From Enoplolaimus lenunculus (lineage: Eukaryota), in contig JASANG010003711.1 in assembly GCA_030248215.1 (NCBI GenBank), positions 496,001 through 560,000 on the forward strand: a DNA stretch of 64,000 nt. The letters run 5' to 3'. Position numbers and translations under genes: made by a program. The notes beneath the pieces are model-generated. The model did no database searches and had not been told where the DNA came from. It was given only the letters and a program-made list of their open reading frames with translations. Positions within the stretch are counted from its first letter, which is position 1. Each line of letters begins with the position of its first letter. Below, one piece after another: positions 12,785-26,689 of this stretch.

Positions 12785-13139
12785 ATCGTAGCTTAACTTA
12801 TATTCAGCCAAATTCAGAATTGAGCTAGCCCAAAACGGAATTACAACTTGGGCTAGTCTAAGGCGGAATCATGTCAGATAAAGCTGTGCGTTTGGCGATT
12901 TGTTACCTGATAGCTGTACTCCTGTTTGATTCCACTTTGCTTAGTAAAACAAGCTGTGTGGTTTGGTTGGCAACAGGCGGCTATCACTTAGCCGATCAGA
13001 AAAGACTGTTGGTGGTATTAAGGTAGGAACCAATCGCAAGGCATACACTTGTCGCATAGAAAGAATTACGTCGTGGGCTAGGTCAAATAGCAATTGCGCC
13101 CTGGACTAGCCTAATTCGGAATTGGGCTAAATTACGACG
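12785..13139. mobile_element. Degenerate foldback element
   Basis: Inverted arms built from GGGCTA/TAGCCC...GGAATT motifs at both ends. Confidence 0.4.
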
Positions 13140-15180
13140 TGGGTACAGTATATATAACATATAATATATAAAGAGATGAGAAATAAATTGAAAACAAGAT
13201 TGGATTAAGTTTAAACTGGTAACTGAAGGATGAAACACCGGATACCAACCAGGTCGACTATTTAAATTAGAACGATGGAATTGATAACTACAGAACAAAT
13301 CAAACGGTTTCTCAATCACCAGTCGAAATTGAAAATTTTTCAAATTCCTATATTATGGAAATAGCAGTTTGTTAACTGAAACCAAATAAACAGGTTAATT
13401 CATATCGTTTATGTGAATTTTTGAATCGGAAAAAAGTGTACTAGACAAAAAGTGGTATACAGCTAAATTCATCGCCGCAGTAAATGAAAATATGAAATGT
13501 TCCCAAATAATTTTTCGTTATTGATTGGAAGGGTTTAGTCTAAAATCCCTAAATTCCACAACAATATTATACGGTTTAAATCTGAAGCTTTTGTACATTC
13601 CGCAACAGGCTTTAGACTCAGGCTCAGACTGGCTTCGGTGACCCAAACATTCGGTCCTTTGAAATGAACTGATTGGCTCCGAAGCATTATTGCTAATTGA
13701 CGTGTACCCTTATCTTTATAGAGAGTGTACAAGAGCCAAACGTTGTATTGTTAAAGAAGACAGCTGCGAGTTAAAGCCCCTCAACATCACTTCGTTCGTT
13801 TCCAAAAAACACTACACTACTACTATTAATATCCTGTTTGTTTGTTTTTAGTACCCAGCGGTATACATACACGCAAAACAACCGAATGGAATTGCGAATC
13901 AAAGCTTTGAAAAACGTTTCGCTTGTCGCATTTGAAAACTCTACTGCTGTTTGTGTAGAGTAGAATGTTTCAAAACAGGAAAACTCATTAATCGGTCAGG
14001 GGCATTGCTAGATTTTCATTTCGTGGAGTATAACTCCAAAGAGAAGGTTTTTTGCGAACGAGCGAAGTGAGTGAGAAAATTATTATGCACTCATGGATCC
14101 AGCAGGTTATATTCTGATGCCTATAAAAGTATACATTTGTTGTAGCTCCCGATGTAACGAACATACCGTCGCCGTGAGATAAAACGTATAATTGAAACAT
14201 ACAAAACAAACAACCATCATTAAATCTGCAAGTGAACTATGCACACAGCAGTAGTTGTTGGCAATGTTCGCAACCCGCATACACAGCCATCCTCAGATTG
14301 AGTGCCTTCGTTCGTCAGATTTCACCCCAAAAAATTGTTTTAGCCAATTATATTCGATCCTCCAAAACAGATTTAAAACCTCGGTTTTAGCAAAAATCCT
14401 GCTTGTGATGCTGAAGATTTTCAACGAATCTTCAGCAAATCTTTTCCAACTGCCTACATTTAGATTTGGCTGTTTTACAAAACTTTAAGCCGCCGTAAAG
14501 GTGCATCGTGAGCTCAGAGAGGATTGAGCTGGTACCGTTATCGCCCTGATATTTAATACATACGGCTCAACACTGAATACAAAAAATAATTATTAAGTAA
14601 AACCAAAACTTTTTCATTTTGCTTAGCATCCCAAATTCCAACTGGTCCACCGGGCATTTGCCCAGTAGACCGGATGACCAGTCCACAACTGCATATCTTT
14701 CTATATTGAATTTGAAAACATTCGATCAGCAGTGTGTAATCCACTGAGTAAAAGTGCCAGCCAAGACTTTTCCTAAATATAAATCTGTAGCTATAGCCAC
14801 ATCACTCTATGCACATTTAAAATTTCTGCCTTCATGATTCTGCCTGCCTAAGAATTTGAAAAAAGCCATCCCCATCGCGTCAAATTGGAGTTCGACACGT
14901 TTCAAACCTGCTACAGCAATCGATCATAATTTCCCGTCATATGCTGGTTGTTTAGCTTGAAACCAACAGAAAAAAAACGCGAACTTACCATTTGGTAAGC
15001 TTTTAAAGAGACACTTTTAACCGGTAACATTCAAGCTAATTAGTACCCTGATACAGTTGACGTACACGTTGGTTCCCAGCTGAAAACTTTCGACTAAGAA
15101 AGGTTTTATTTTTAGCAATTATATATGAATTTATGCGGTATTAGCCATATGGTCGAGTTGAAACAGTTATTAATTTGGGG

Positions 15181-15360
15181 CGGCCAGCGTAGCTAACATG
15201 TACTCAACTGGGGTGCAAGGGTTGCTCTTAGCTCCTGAAAAAATTTTCGCCCTTCGCCTAGAAAATTTTCAACCTTGCTTGTAAGTCATTGAAAACCTTT
15301 GCATGCTTCTTTTGAACATTTTTCAGCCGCCTTAGCAAGGCAAAGCTGGCTACGGGCCTT
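15181..15360. mobile_element. hAT-like MITE
   Basis: Body homologous to 3912-4076 (ttgcttgtaagtcat..aaacc); ends in CTGGCTACGGGCCT. Confidence 0.65.
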
Positions 15361-15946
15361 CAAAGTAAGGTTGGCAGGTGTGGTTATTAGGAAATTTTAA
15401 TAAATTTTTAACGACACAGATTTATTGTGGTCAAAATTTTTTTGGCGAACACAGTATATACCTTTGCAAAATTGCTAGCATCACTTAACACTTACGACGA
15501 ATATATGTCATTTAATTTTATTAAAGTCAGTTCAAAATAAGGCGCAGTATTGACTAATTTGTGTCAGACTTTGCTGTAATTAAAATGCGAAAACAATTGA
15601 TAAACAAGTTCTAAACTGCAGTTTGTTCGAGTGTTTCGGTTCGAATATTAGCCTATGTAAAAATCAAAACTTTAATCCTTCGCACGAGCCATAGTCGTAG
15701 CCAGAAGTTTCAGTCAAAAATCTTGAAACTTTCCCGTTCCGGTATAATAATCATGTACAACAGGTTGTGTTAAAAATTATAGATTAGCACCTGAAATGTT
15801 GCAACGTTTTGGTTTCCGAATTGATTGGAGACCCCTCATCTGGTTATGCCCCCACCTCCAGCAAAGAAAATTCCATTAAATAGAATTCTGAGTTAGAATG
15901 TAGTGTTTTAGAAAAACTAGGATGCTGCAAACTCTTTAGAAATATG

Positions 15947-16176
15947 GGCCCATGTTACTTTTAAGGCCGTCCCGCTTTCTGGTGGGTCTGTGAAAAAGTG
16001 GGACATTCTAGACTACATTTTGTTGCTTAGGCTTAGGCTTAGCCTTAGGCTTATGCTTAGGAACACGCTTTTGCAATGCTTACGCTTAGGAATACCCTTT
16101 TGCAACGCTTAGGCAGGCGTAAAGTTAGTAATACGCTTAATCTACTGTTACGGCCCTAAAAGTAACATTATGGGCC
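15947..16176 (+). mobile_element. Merlin-like MITE (family A) with internal TTAGGC repeats
   Basis: Same TIRs and internal sequence as 597-767; perfect 8-bp TSD gaaatatg; (GCTTAG)n core. Confidence 0.85.
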
Positions 16177-18963
16177 GAAATATGTATGGAAGTCACACAC
16201 ATATATAGATTGATGGTTTTAATAAGTTGGCATCGGTGTTGTCTACAAAATATAAAATGATATACGGGGTTTTTAGAGATGAGAAAATTCAACGATAAAA
16301 AAAGTTTGTTGCACAACAACGGTTCGACTAGTTACAGCTTAAGCTGGGTGTACTTGAAACTATAAACACGAACACGACATAAGTTCACTGGTGATGGACA
16401 AGGAGGCGGTCACGTTGGTTGTGTAACTTCAACTTTGTAGTTAATTCAAACAATAGGTCGATATATTTTCTAAGACCGTATTCTTAAATGGCTATAGCTT
16501 TTATTGGCTCTTGTACAATTTTCCAAACAGTTTGGAAATTTTTAAATTTTTATACAATTTTGAATTAGGATTCCGTTCAGGATTTGAATAATACGCTCTA
16601 TTTTATAGGACGTTTAGCCGTAGGCTTAGGCTTAACTTTGTGGGTAAAAAGTGTCTACGATCCGTATCTAACACTATTTAGCGATAGGTTTTGAAAAAAA
16701 CAAACTTCAATGGTAACTAACATCTTAAAATTTCAGTCAGTGATTCAAAAATCAGCGCTTGTACCTAATGGTTGCAGAGTTCGCTGAAATTTTGACAAAA
16801 ATTGTGTTCCGATTTCGATTCCGTCGTAGTGTGATTCCGACACCGGAATTTTGGCATTTTCGGTAGGTGTGTTTTTCGATCAATATTATTTCACGTTTAA
16901 AGTCAGTGTGTTCCACATTTCCTTACTTCAATAAAAAAGAGCGAAAAAGAAACAGCAAATTTACTTAATTTTGGGAATCGTACCTTATGGTTGAAAGATC
17001 CCACCCATTCGGTTTACTATTAGAAGTTAACCAAACCATAAACCATACAAAATTTAAAATTCCGGTTCCAATTCCGGTTGTAACAAAACAAATTCAATTT
17101 CGACTCTTATTCTGATTCCGATAAAATTATATTCCCGTTGGAATGCTGAATGTCGGTCTTATTTTTTGTAGATTCAAAAAACAAAATTAAATTTCAATCA
17201 GCAGTCAGATGTTAATATATAAATGTGCGCTCTGTGGTATATTCAAATATGATTAAACAGTTAACGAACGATGCGATCGAAGAGTTCAGGAACACGTGAA
17301 ATTGTTCAACGAAGTGGTGCCATGTTTGAAACTGGTACCAGTTGAGTTCGTTAAAAAGTTAGGTCCAAATATGAATCTGACAACTAAACTGAATTCTTAG
17401 CCCAAGCGTAAGACTAATGTAAACCTAATTCTAATTCTTAGCCTAAGCCTAAACAGATCATTCTGTAAATATTCTGGTTTTCCTGTCTTCGAGACGGGAG
17501 GCATCTATAATTGGCATGCACAAACCTTATTTACAAAGGAGATTTCATAAAAGGAGCAAAGTTTCCTGCTTTAATTCGTCCATTTTTGCGATGGCAATTA
17601 AAAGTTTAGGTACATTTTAATCTTTTAACAACTGTATCACTAAGGTATTACAGCTTGGCGAAAAACACAGCAACTGGTGAAGGTCTTCTTGTAAGTATTA
17701 GTGTTCACAAGTTTCTTCAGCTACATTTAAAGCAAGATTAAGTTTCACCATCATAAATAACTCTTCTGAGCACTAGACACAAACGTTCAAACATTTAAAA
17801 CAGTCCAGCATAGGTTTCTAATCGGTCCGTTCCTTTAAATCAAAATCAGTTTCTATCCTGGTGCGGCGGCTGCGAAATTTGCAAGTAAATTTATTAACTG
17901 CAGTTAAAATTGTTCAATACGATTGTAGCAAATTTAATTTCTTTCTGTATGAAGTTATAACATATCAATGATTATTGTACACATTCCGCTAATTAGTATA
18001 CTTTCTCGGCCATGTTTTGAGAACATTGAATATTCGCTGATACTGCGACACCTTTGCCAAAGTTGCCCTTCAAATACTTAATTTATGGTTACGATTTCTA
18101 GATCCACCATTTTGCAACTTTCATGGGAGACTGTTTTTTTGGGAAGGTTGACAACCTCAGATCAAACACTGAAAAATTCTGACTCCACCTCTACGTTTAG
18201 GTTTCCCACCCTGGAGTTTGGGGGACGCCCCCTCGTCGGTCTGCTCCAGCACTGATTTTAAGATATGCAAACACTGGCAAACTGGTATATTCTGGCTAAG
18301 TTGACGGTAGTATTTGAAATTAGCATTTTAGCGTTTGTTTATCAAAAACCCATAAAGTTGAAAATATTTACCGTTGAAATTGCGAAATTTAATGTACTTA
18401 TTTTATTCGAAACTAATACTAAAATGGGCAGCTATATTGAAGCAGCATTCAGTTATCGCAAAGGCGGTGTTGTAAAGATCACAATATGAGGTGTAGGCAA
18501 ATATTAATGAGCGCCAATTTTGAGTCTTAATCAATAACAGTCTGTGTCATTTATTAATCAGAGTCTTAAAATGTCCACTAACGTAGGTTATATATTGGCC
18601 ATTTATAATTGCGTAAATCATACAGAATTATACCTTTTTCACTTTTAGATTCATAATAAAACTCAAGTTTAACTAATTTAAAGGGAGAAAAAACGAGTTA
18701 CTTAACTGACATACTGAAATGAAACTGCGTAATTAACGTTTGCTTCACAAAAATGCCTGTAAAATATGAATAGCGTCAATGCACAGACAATTTGCGCAAT
18801 GCGATCAGATGTTTAAAAGAAAACAGAAATGAGGAAATATTCACAAAACGAAGAATAAACTGTGCTCTGTTTGGTGATTTTTTTGCATAAAGTTGCTAAT
18901 ATTGCACACTGCAATACACTTATATTGCAATAAAACATTTCTGCGCTTAATTGTGTTGCATAA

Positions 18964-19161
18964 GGGTTGCGCTATACTTTTGTTGACGTCCGGCGCCGTC
19001 CATCACCCGTACGGCGCTGTCCCCGTCACTGTGCGCTATCGTACGCTAATAACTTACGGATGATAACTTGTGGTACGAACGCTGATGGGCGGGTGACACA
19101 CGGCGTCGGACGGATGACGCACGACGCCGTCCGTCACCGGACGTCAGGCATAGCGCAACCC
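18964..19161. mobile_element. PIF/Harbinger (Tourist-like) MITE
   Basis: Perfect 12-bp TIR GGGTTGCGCTAT; TAA TSD on both sides; GC-rich body of GACG/CGTC motifs. Confidence 0.85.
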
Positions 19162-20249
19162 TAAGGAAACTGCGTACACTTGTACACTTCCCTTCCCAAC
19201 CGTTTCCAAATTTATAGGTTCTTCCCTCGGTATCGCAAAATATGTGACATCCCAATCTTTCAACATATTCAGCGCGATTGGTTCTTTTTAGTAACAATCA
19301 CAGATGACGTCAGATTAGCTTATTATCATACTTTTGTGTTAATTTAGTTTAGCGAAATGACAAAAGCATTTGGTGTATATACACAGGTAACAAAAATATT
19401 ATCATCTGTGAGCTATTAACTAATTTACAGCCAGCCTATGTTACGAGTACAATGGCAGATCAAGGATTAAGCGAGATTACAGGTTACTGATTTGCTAAAG
19501 AGTAAGAGTAGCAAAATTGTTGTTAGCGGTTGAATCAAGCCTTCATGCAGCTATGCTGTAGTGACCCGAATAAGAGGGATGACTAATGGCTACTTGGCCT
19601 CTCCAGATGGAATACCCCTGTTATTCGGTTACGGACCGATTATTTTTAACCAAACGCTTCACCACCCTTCGTTACTGATACATATCTGGCACTGCAATTA
19701 TGCGTTGAATTAAACGTTTTTTCTCAGTATCAAAAGCTTGAGCGATAATACAGGTTATATTTTGGAATGTACTTTCAAAACTGAACTATGTTTTAAAGTT
19801 TCACACTCAGCTTTATTTGAGCCCGGAGTTACTTGTGCATTACACTTACAGATAATATGGACCCTAAATTAGGGTATAGGAACTGCATCCGCTCACGGAC
19901 TCTTATTAGAAATACAAACTCCTGTTGATTAAAATTCAAAATGGGGAACCACTTCCTATTACCTCCTCTTCATATTTTATTTTCGTGTCGTCAAATATGT
20001 ATATCACTTATCATCATCATCAGTTGGTATGTCTCGTCGCTTTCGAACCATTGTGAGGGCCCAAGTTGAGCACATTTTTCGCATTTGATATATCCTACTT
20101 CTCCACGCTCATTTGCAGAAGGCCGACTGCACAAATTCGTGAGTTTAATAAACTTTCAACAATTTTATATGATAGGTGCCGTATGCATTTGAGAATATGA
20201 GCCCTGGAAATAGAGCGTTGGCGACTAATTCAAAAAAGTGAAAACTTAC

Positions 20250-20463
20250 CACCGAGTTCCGATTGTCTGCTGCGTGATTTTCGAGTACAATAGTAGTATT
20301 GCACGAAAGCAGCAACAACTGCAACTGCAACAATACCCAATGAAAACCCGATGACAAGTAGCACAGACGTGTGGCTGCCAAGGATTGATGGAGTCGACAG
20401 TTCCGGTTGTCGCGCGACTTGAAGTGTACCCGAAGTTTCCGGTGAGCGCCAGTGAATAGGATC
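20250..20463 (-). CDS. RTK transmembrane exon
   Basis: 214-nt exon, ctttcag| ... GGTG|gtaagt, phase 0 to 1. Translates DPIHWRSPETSGTLQVARQPELSTPSILGSHTS-VLLVIGFSLGIVAVAVVAAFVQYYYC-TRKSRSRQSELG: a hydrophobic helix followed by a basic stop-transfer. Strand and phase are compatible with the kinase exons. Confidence 0.85.
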
Positions 20464-22311
20464 CTGAAAGTATATAAATATCGTGTTGATGTTAGGCACA
20501 AACAATTCAGCGCAGGCGGAACCAAGTGATGTCGTCCAGGCTTATTCATTCGCAACAGATAATAACCAATTTTTTGCAAAGATTTCGTGCTAAAATTTCG
20601 TTTGGTTTCTCGCTCGCTTTGCTTGTGAGCTGTCTTCACTATTATATATCGCTCGGCAGTCGTGATTTTAACGCAACCGCGGAATAAAATTTGACGTCTC
20701 TTATTTTACCGCATCGCAGCCGGCAGGTATTAGCAGAGAGGAAAGAACATTTCCAAAACGGCGCAATTAAAATATTTTTAACATAAAATTGGTTTAATTT
20801 TGTAAAAAAATTTCGGCCAAGGGTGTAAAGTTGCCCTTACTCCGAAGGAGAGGAGAGATGTCTTCGCGTTTTAAAAAACAATATATATACAACCCTAGAA
20901 AGGTAAAATTCACTTTAAAATATACTGCAATAGTATATAAAGTTGTTTGGTATTTGTATAGTTCGCCTCACAAAAAGTACCAACACATAATGACTTCATT
21001 AATAAAATATACAGGCTGTGCCAAGGTTCCAACAATAACTTAATTTTGAAGGAACAAGAACAGGAACAGAAACCGGGATTTGAAATAATTTTTATTACCG
21101 AATTACTGTTGAATGATTCAGAAAATGGCTTAAACGAATTTCCACTATTTTATCATCAAGTTTTGCGAAAACACAACAGAAATAGTTTATTAACAAAATT
21201 GAAATAATCGGAAAAACACTCACGTCGAAATAACCATTTTAAAGACAAAGTTTCCAATGTTTAAATGATTAGGCATAATTTACCACGAAACCGTAGTAAA
21301 TCCGCTTCCTGAATCATTGAATGCAGCAACATTAACAGGAACATGAATTGAATTTTTGCAGGAATTCTGGCCGGAACAGGAATTCCGGTTAAACCCTGGC
21401 TGTGACCTATGTTTACCATAAAGCCTCAGCATAAGTCCGTGTTTTAGGCTTACGAAAATAAAACAAACAGTTATGCGGGGCGAAGAAACGTTTGCCTTCT
21501 ATCAAATTAACACCTGTTGGGGAAAATATTAATCTGAGTACCCGAAATTGCATAAGTGTACCACTATGTCAATATAACATTACTTTAACTATGTCATTAT
21601 CGTTTGTAGAGATGAAATAATCGATATAGGTTTGGTTCGTTGTCATTTCGCCGGGTTTGGCTTCTTGTTTATGGGTTAAGTTAAAAGTTTGTCATAATTG
21701 ATCATAGTATGCATAATTTTGTGTCTGACTGAAATATAAATCGAAACAGGAAGCTGGTACCCACGTGATCGGAAAGCGAAAATATCGGAAACTAAAATGC
21801 AAAACGGATATTCAAGTGTGCAAATTTTTATTAGATCATCTATTTCTCTGACAATACAATTGGCAGATGCCCAGTGCACGAGCATGCTAGGGTGCCATTC
21901 CCAAAATTCCGGTGTGCGGGATCCTTGCGAGGATCAAAATATTTTTCAAAATTTTTCTTTAAAATATTGTTAGGATGGGGGCAGGGGGCCCCTCATCGAA
22001 GTGGCACCCTAAATAGGGGGTACGGCGGTGGATACTCCGGCACTTCGCATTCCCTATGCATTTGGCTAAATCTGTGGCGGATATTCGGAAACTTATTTTA
22101 TGATTTTGGTTGAGTTTTATTGTTTTCATTTTTATTCAATTCCAACTGTACAAAATAAACGCATTGCAAATCGGAATAATTCAAAAATCATAAAAACAAG
22201 CTATGGAGTATAGAAATAAAAATAACGGAATTTTCGGTATTTCTATAGCTGAAACTGAAACGGAAAGGTAGCGAAAACCGGATGCTACACTCCTCATGTT
22301 ATACACTTGTC

Positions 22312-22592
22312 AATAGTTATAAAATGGGCGTTTTAGCCCGCCCTTTCGAAGGGTGGTGGATGACATCATCAAATGACGTCATTTCCGGAAATAATGATTA
22401 ATCACCGGGAAATGCGGAAGTCGTCACGTCATTTCCGGAAGTAATGTGTAATCACCTGATTTCTTGCCGGTAGATGTTGTAAAACCCTCATTTTTCATCT
22501 ACTCCTGCTGATCTCAAGCCCGGATGAGGCTTCTGATGACGTCATAGACCTTCCTTCGAAAGGATGGGGAAAACCGGCATTTTATATCTACT
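22312..22592. mobile_element. Long-TIR miniature element, possibly Maverick/Polinton-derived
   Basis: ~60-bp imperfect TIRs (the right one reads AGTAGATATAAAATG...CCTTTCGAAGG...ATGACGTCATCA); 6-bp flanks cttgtc/ctagtg; internal duplicated ACGTCATTTCCGGAA. Confidence 0.55.
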
Positions 22593-24680
22593 CTAGTGTC
22601 ATAAACTTATTATATTTATTAATTTACTGACGTGATCCAGAAATTAAAACGCAATTTTTGTGCTAAACTTTTGAACAAAATTGCGATTTTGATACCAGCA
22701 TGGCGGAAGGCAAGTCCTTGGAGGCCACCCCTCGGAAGTGTCTGATACTATATCAAAGCAGATAAAACTTTTAAACGTTGCCAATCCAACCAATAAAGCT
22801 AACTGCTTAGTTATTGATTTCAGCCGATCCTAAACTGTTCGAAATTAGTGATTTATTTGGTTTCACAAAAAAAATTTCACAAAAACGAAAGGAATATTTT
22901 TTAATTTGAAATTTTAATATTTCCGCATTTTAATCTTAATATAAAGACAAATATAAACATTTCAAAGTTCCGGCAATTTTTTTCATCATCTTAAAACTGA
23001 CCAATGGTCATTTATCAGTGTTAAGTCAATCAAACCTTGGATACATATGTCAGTGACAATGTGTGATACTTCAAACAAATTAATTAATAAAAAATCAGCA
23101 ATCAGTATTTTTGATAACGCTTTTACGCGGCAGTAGAGTACAATTTTTTCGAGTTCACTTGTATTATTCTCAAATATTTAACAGTTTCGCTTGCTGCCTT
23201 ATTTAAAAAATTTTTTATATCACAGTATTTTACACGTTTAAGTAAATATAGAGTGTACTTGGCTCATCAAGACTTTACAGTATCGAATGCAGGCGGTGGC
23301 CACTGTTTCTCTCACGCAATTGCAATTTTTGTCAGTGCGGTTTTTGCTCATATTTTCAAAATAAACGCTCAGTCGGCGCACTGCAAATCGTAGAAAGTAA
23401 AAATTGTTTCTACTTCATAAAATGATTTAAAAAATATTTTATTTTAGCTGAAGCCTTGTCGGAAAAAAGTTAAACGACACACGAGAGCGCATGCGAGAAA
23501 GACAAAACAATAATTTCTTACAAAAGAGTAATAAATTCAAAAATCAACCGCTTACTACTGAGTCCCCAACTGGGGACTGGGGTAAGAGATCGCTATCCTG
23601 CCGACAAGGGTCACCCTTTAGTAGTAAAAGTACTTTTGCAGTTTTGAAATAAATCTATTTTGCGAAAATTATCCTTACATCTGTTAATCTTTTTGCACCC
23701 TGTTTAACAGTTCCTGGTCGTCGGCCTTCCCACTACCAGACGTTGGGCTCATATAATGCACACACGTAAGTGTAGATATATGCTCACCATTATTGTTCAA
23801 AGACATTTAAGTATTCATTAAGAGTATTTAAATATATATTTTTTTGAAACTATTTTACCATTCTTGCTTATTTCAACGTTGCAGTTTTTATCACGGTAAT
23901 ATTCCCTAAACCGATTCAGTGATAACAATTTTAGTAAAATACCTATGAGCCATATGCTCAAGTAGTCATATCGCCATTTTAGCGACAGGTTCTCAAATAT
24001 GCCTCATCCATGTAGTTGAAAGCCAGCACCGTAGGACGGTAAACAAAACACCAGCCCCATTTTGATTATCAGGAATTGTCCACTGGAAGGCACTGGTGGT
24101 GGAAGGCTTCAAGGACTGTGGGCATAAACTTAAACTTTGGCTTAAGCGTCAAGGTTCAGAATTAGGCTTAATGGACAGGCCCAATTAACTAACACGGGAC
24201 AAATGCAAAATACTTGACAGTTTCGGACGTTTATTGTTTACCGGTTGGAAGTTTCGAGATCTATTACTAACTAATAAAAGGCGCTAGACACATTTGAGAA
24301 TACCGACTTGGATTTATGTCGTAAAAACTTTTTAAATTATGCAGCATATTTAGTCAACCAAACTGCATTAGCTTATTGTAGATTACAATAATACAGTGTC
24401 ATTGCTTTTTCATTCATCGTTCAAATTCAACAGAATGAAATTAATTTAACTTTTTAAACTGTTCTTGAACTAAACATAGCGTTACGCTTCAAAGCGAGAA
24501 CATTTTATTAAAATATTCAAAGTAGTTTCAAGATTTGTAACACAAGTATCTTAAAGCGTTTGAAGCATAACCATGTTAATCTAAGTTGGTTTAAGAAAAT
24601 GCAATAAAAGTTCAAACATATGCGGAATATACGAAAACAAAATTGTCCTGTTCTGTGCCAGACGATGCCCAAAACACATA

Positions 24681-24891
24681 CACCGTAAATTTCAATGAGT
24701 TCATTAATCAACTCGTCTGATGAGTTAGCTATTTCTGAATTAATACCAGTAAACAGTTGATTCTGAGTGAGTTGATTAATTACGTCGCAATGAGCGGAAT
24801 CAACTCAGAATTCTGAGTTCTGATATTTCTAACTCAGACTGAGTGATTCAATTCATTCTGAGTTAAATTCAACTAACTGAAATTTACAGTG
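24681..24891. mobile_element. CACTA/EnSpm-like MITE
   Basis: TIRs CACCGTAAATTTCA / TGAAATTTACAGTG; 2-bp TA flanks; many internal TGAGTT/AACTCA motifs. Confidence 0.7.
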
Positions 24892-26426
24892 TATGATGGG
24901 TGTTGCAACTTTAATGATAGAGGTTGTGAAACTGAAAACATCATAATAATAAAATTTCAAATCAAAAGATTGTAAATTGAGTTTTTACTTTTAATGTGAG
25001 AAATCGCTGCGACACCATATTAATTAAATCGAAACATCAACATTAATGGCTGCATTTCAGCTTTTTGTTTTCACACAAACAATATTTGAATCGTCGTGAA
25101 AAAGTGAAAGGTCAAGAAAATGTAATATTTGAAATAGTTCACAACTTTTAGCAATTCCCAACCCCCAAAACTTAATGTAGCAGTTTTCTCTATTTTACTA
25201 CGCGTTCTCTTTTACACTTTCCAATTCTAAATTTCAAATCCGTAATGTCTCCGTCGAGGAACGTTCAAAATCATCGTATAAGTACAGGTGAATATCGAGA
25301 AAATTGCAAACTCTTGTATATACTGAATAAATTTTTCCAAATATCATTTTCGCGTACAATGTAAATGACCTTTGGCTTCATCCGCGTTTTTTTCATTCTC
25401 GGTGTGCAACGAAATTCTGAACAAAATCGAACAATAAAAAAACGGTGTTGTGCGCGTTTTACGTTGATAGAAGTTGAGATTATTACATGCACTAACAACA
25501 ACCAATATTATCATTATGTTGCATAATTATGGAAACTGCCTCCCAAGAGTAATCACTATAGGCAGTGATTTGCACTGATTTAATGTGCAATCTATTGCAG
25601 TATTTAATTGTGACTTTCGATAAAAATTTGTTCAAATTATACTATAACACTGCAATTGTATTATCGTTTATGTATTGCTATGGAATCTATGAAAATATGT
25701 GGGTTTTAGTTGAAACCAATACAAATATCCGTAGGCTTTTGTATGCTTAGGCTTAGCACTCATACTTATGTTTAGGTTTAGGTTTTGGAAAAGGCTTTGC
25801 TAAGCCTAAGGCGTGGCGAACATTTTGTTTAAGGCTAAACCGGAAGTAGATTGCAGCACGGTTATCATCGTGGCACAGTTTATTTAACTGGATGTATAGG
25901 TAAACATGTCCATTGCTTAGTAAGTTTGTATTTGTAATAAAATTAATATAACAACACTTTATGAAAATTTGTTTGGAACCATAGCAGCATTAGTATCCAA
26001 ATGGACGTTCTGTGCTCACAGTAATGGTGGACACCTGAAGCATTTCGTGGAAATATACAATTTCACACGTATATGCCACAAGCGAATGCAAATTTGTTAA
26101 CAAATGATTGTATCAATTCACATGCAGTCCGAATTTCAGAAACCATTTCACTGAAGTGGTAAAAAGCGAATTGTCAACAATTTCTTGCGAAAATCTTAAC
26201 TTTTACCATTAGCAGAAAAAGTTTATTGCGGGGCGAGGAGGGGGGGGCGATGGATATATTCTGTTCCCCGAATCAATTTGACCAACACTAGAAAAATTCT
26301 ATGTTAAGAACAATTTGCTTGTCTTCTGTAGAAGACTTCGTGCTCCCTGATGCAACATTTCCTGGCTTGATGAGGCTGTAGTGTTTTAACAGGAAAGAAG
26401 ACGAACGCCACTGGAAATATGGTTAA

Positions 26427-26689
26427 CCCTTTCTCACATGAATATTTTCTATTTCCCCTGAGACATACATTTATGCTAGGATTCGAACTCCAGTGACTAG
26501 AGTTGGAGGCGTATACCATCGCCACTCAGCTATAAGAGCTTGACGCTCGGGCCCGAGGGGGCTCTCACGTCTTGTGGTGATTTAGTACTATATATACGTG
26601 TTGCAATTGTTAAACACGGTGCGATATATATTATTTAACGTATATACACTGCGTTGAGTTGCCTATAGGCAACTCAATGTGAGAAGGGG
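26427..26689 (-). mobile_element. piggyBac-type MITE (263 bp), second copy
   Basis: Perfect TTAA TSD on both sides, CCC...GGG termini, same length, reverse complement of 1036-1298. Confidence 0.9.

Noticed and set aside
20145..20639. 164-aa ORF as an independent gene
   Set aside because: Alternative frame overlapping the splice-supported TM exon; no recognisable domain.
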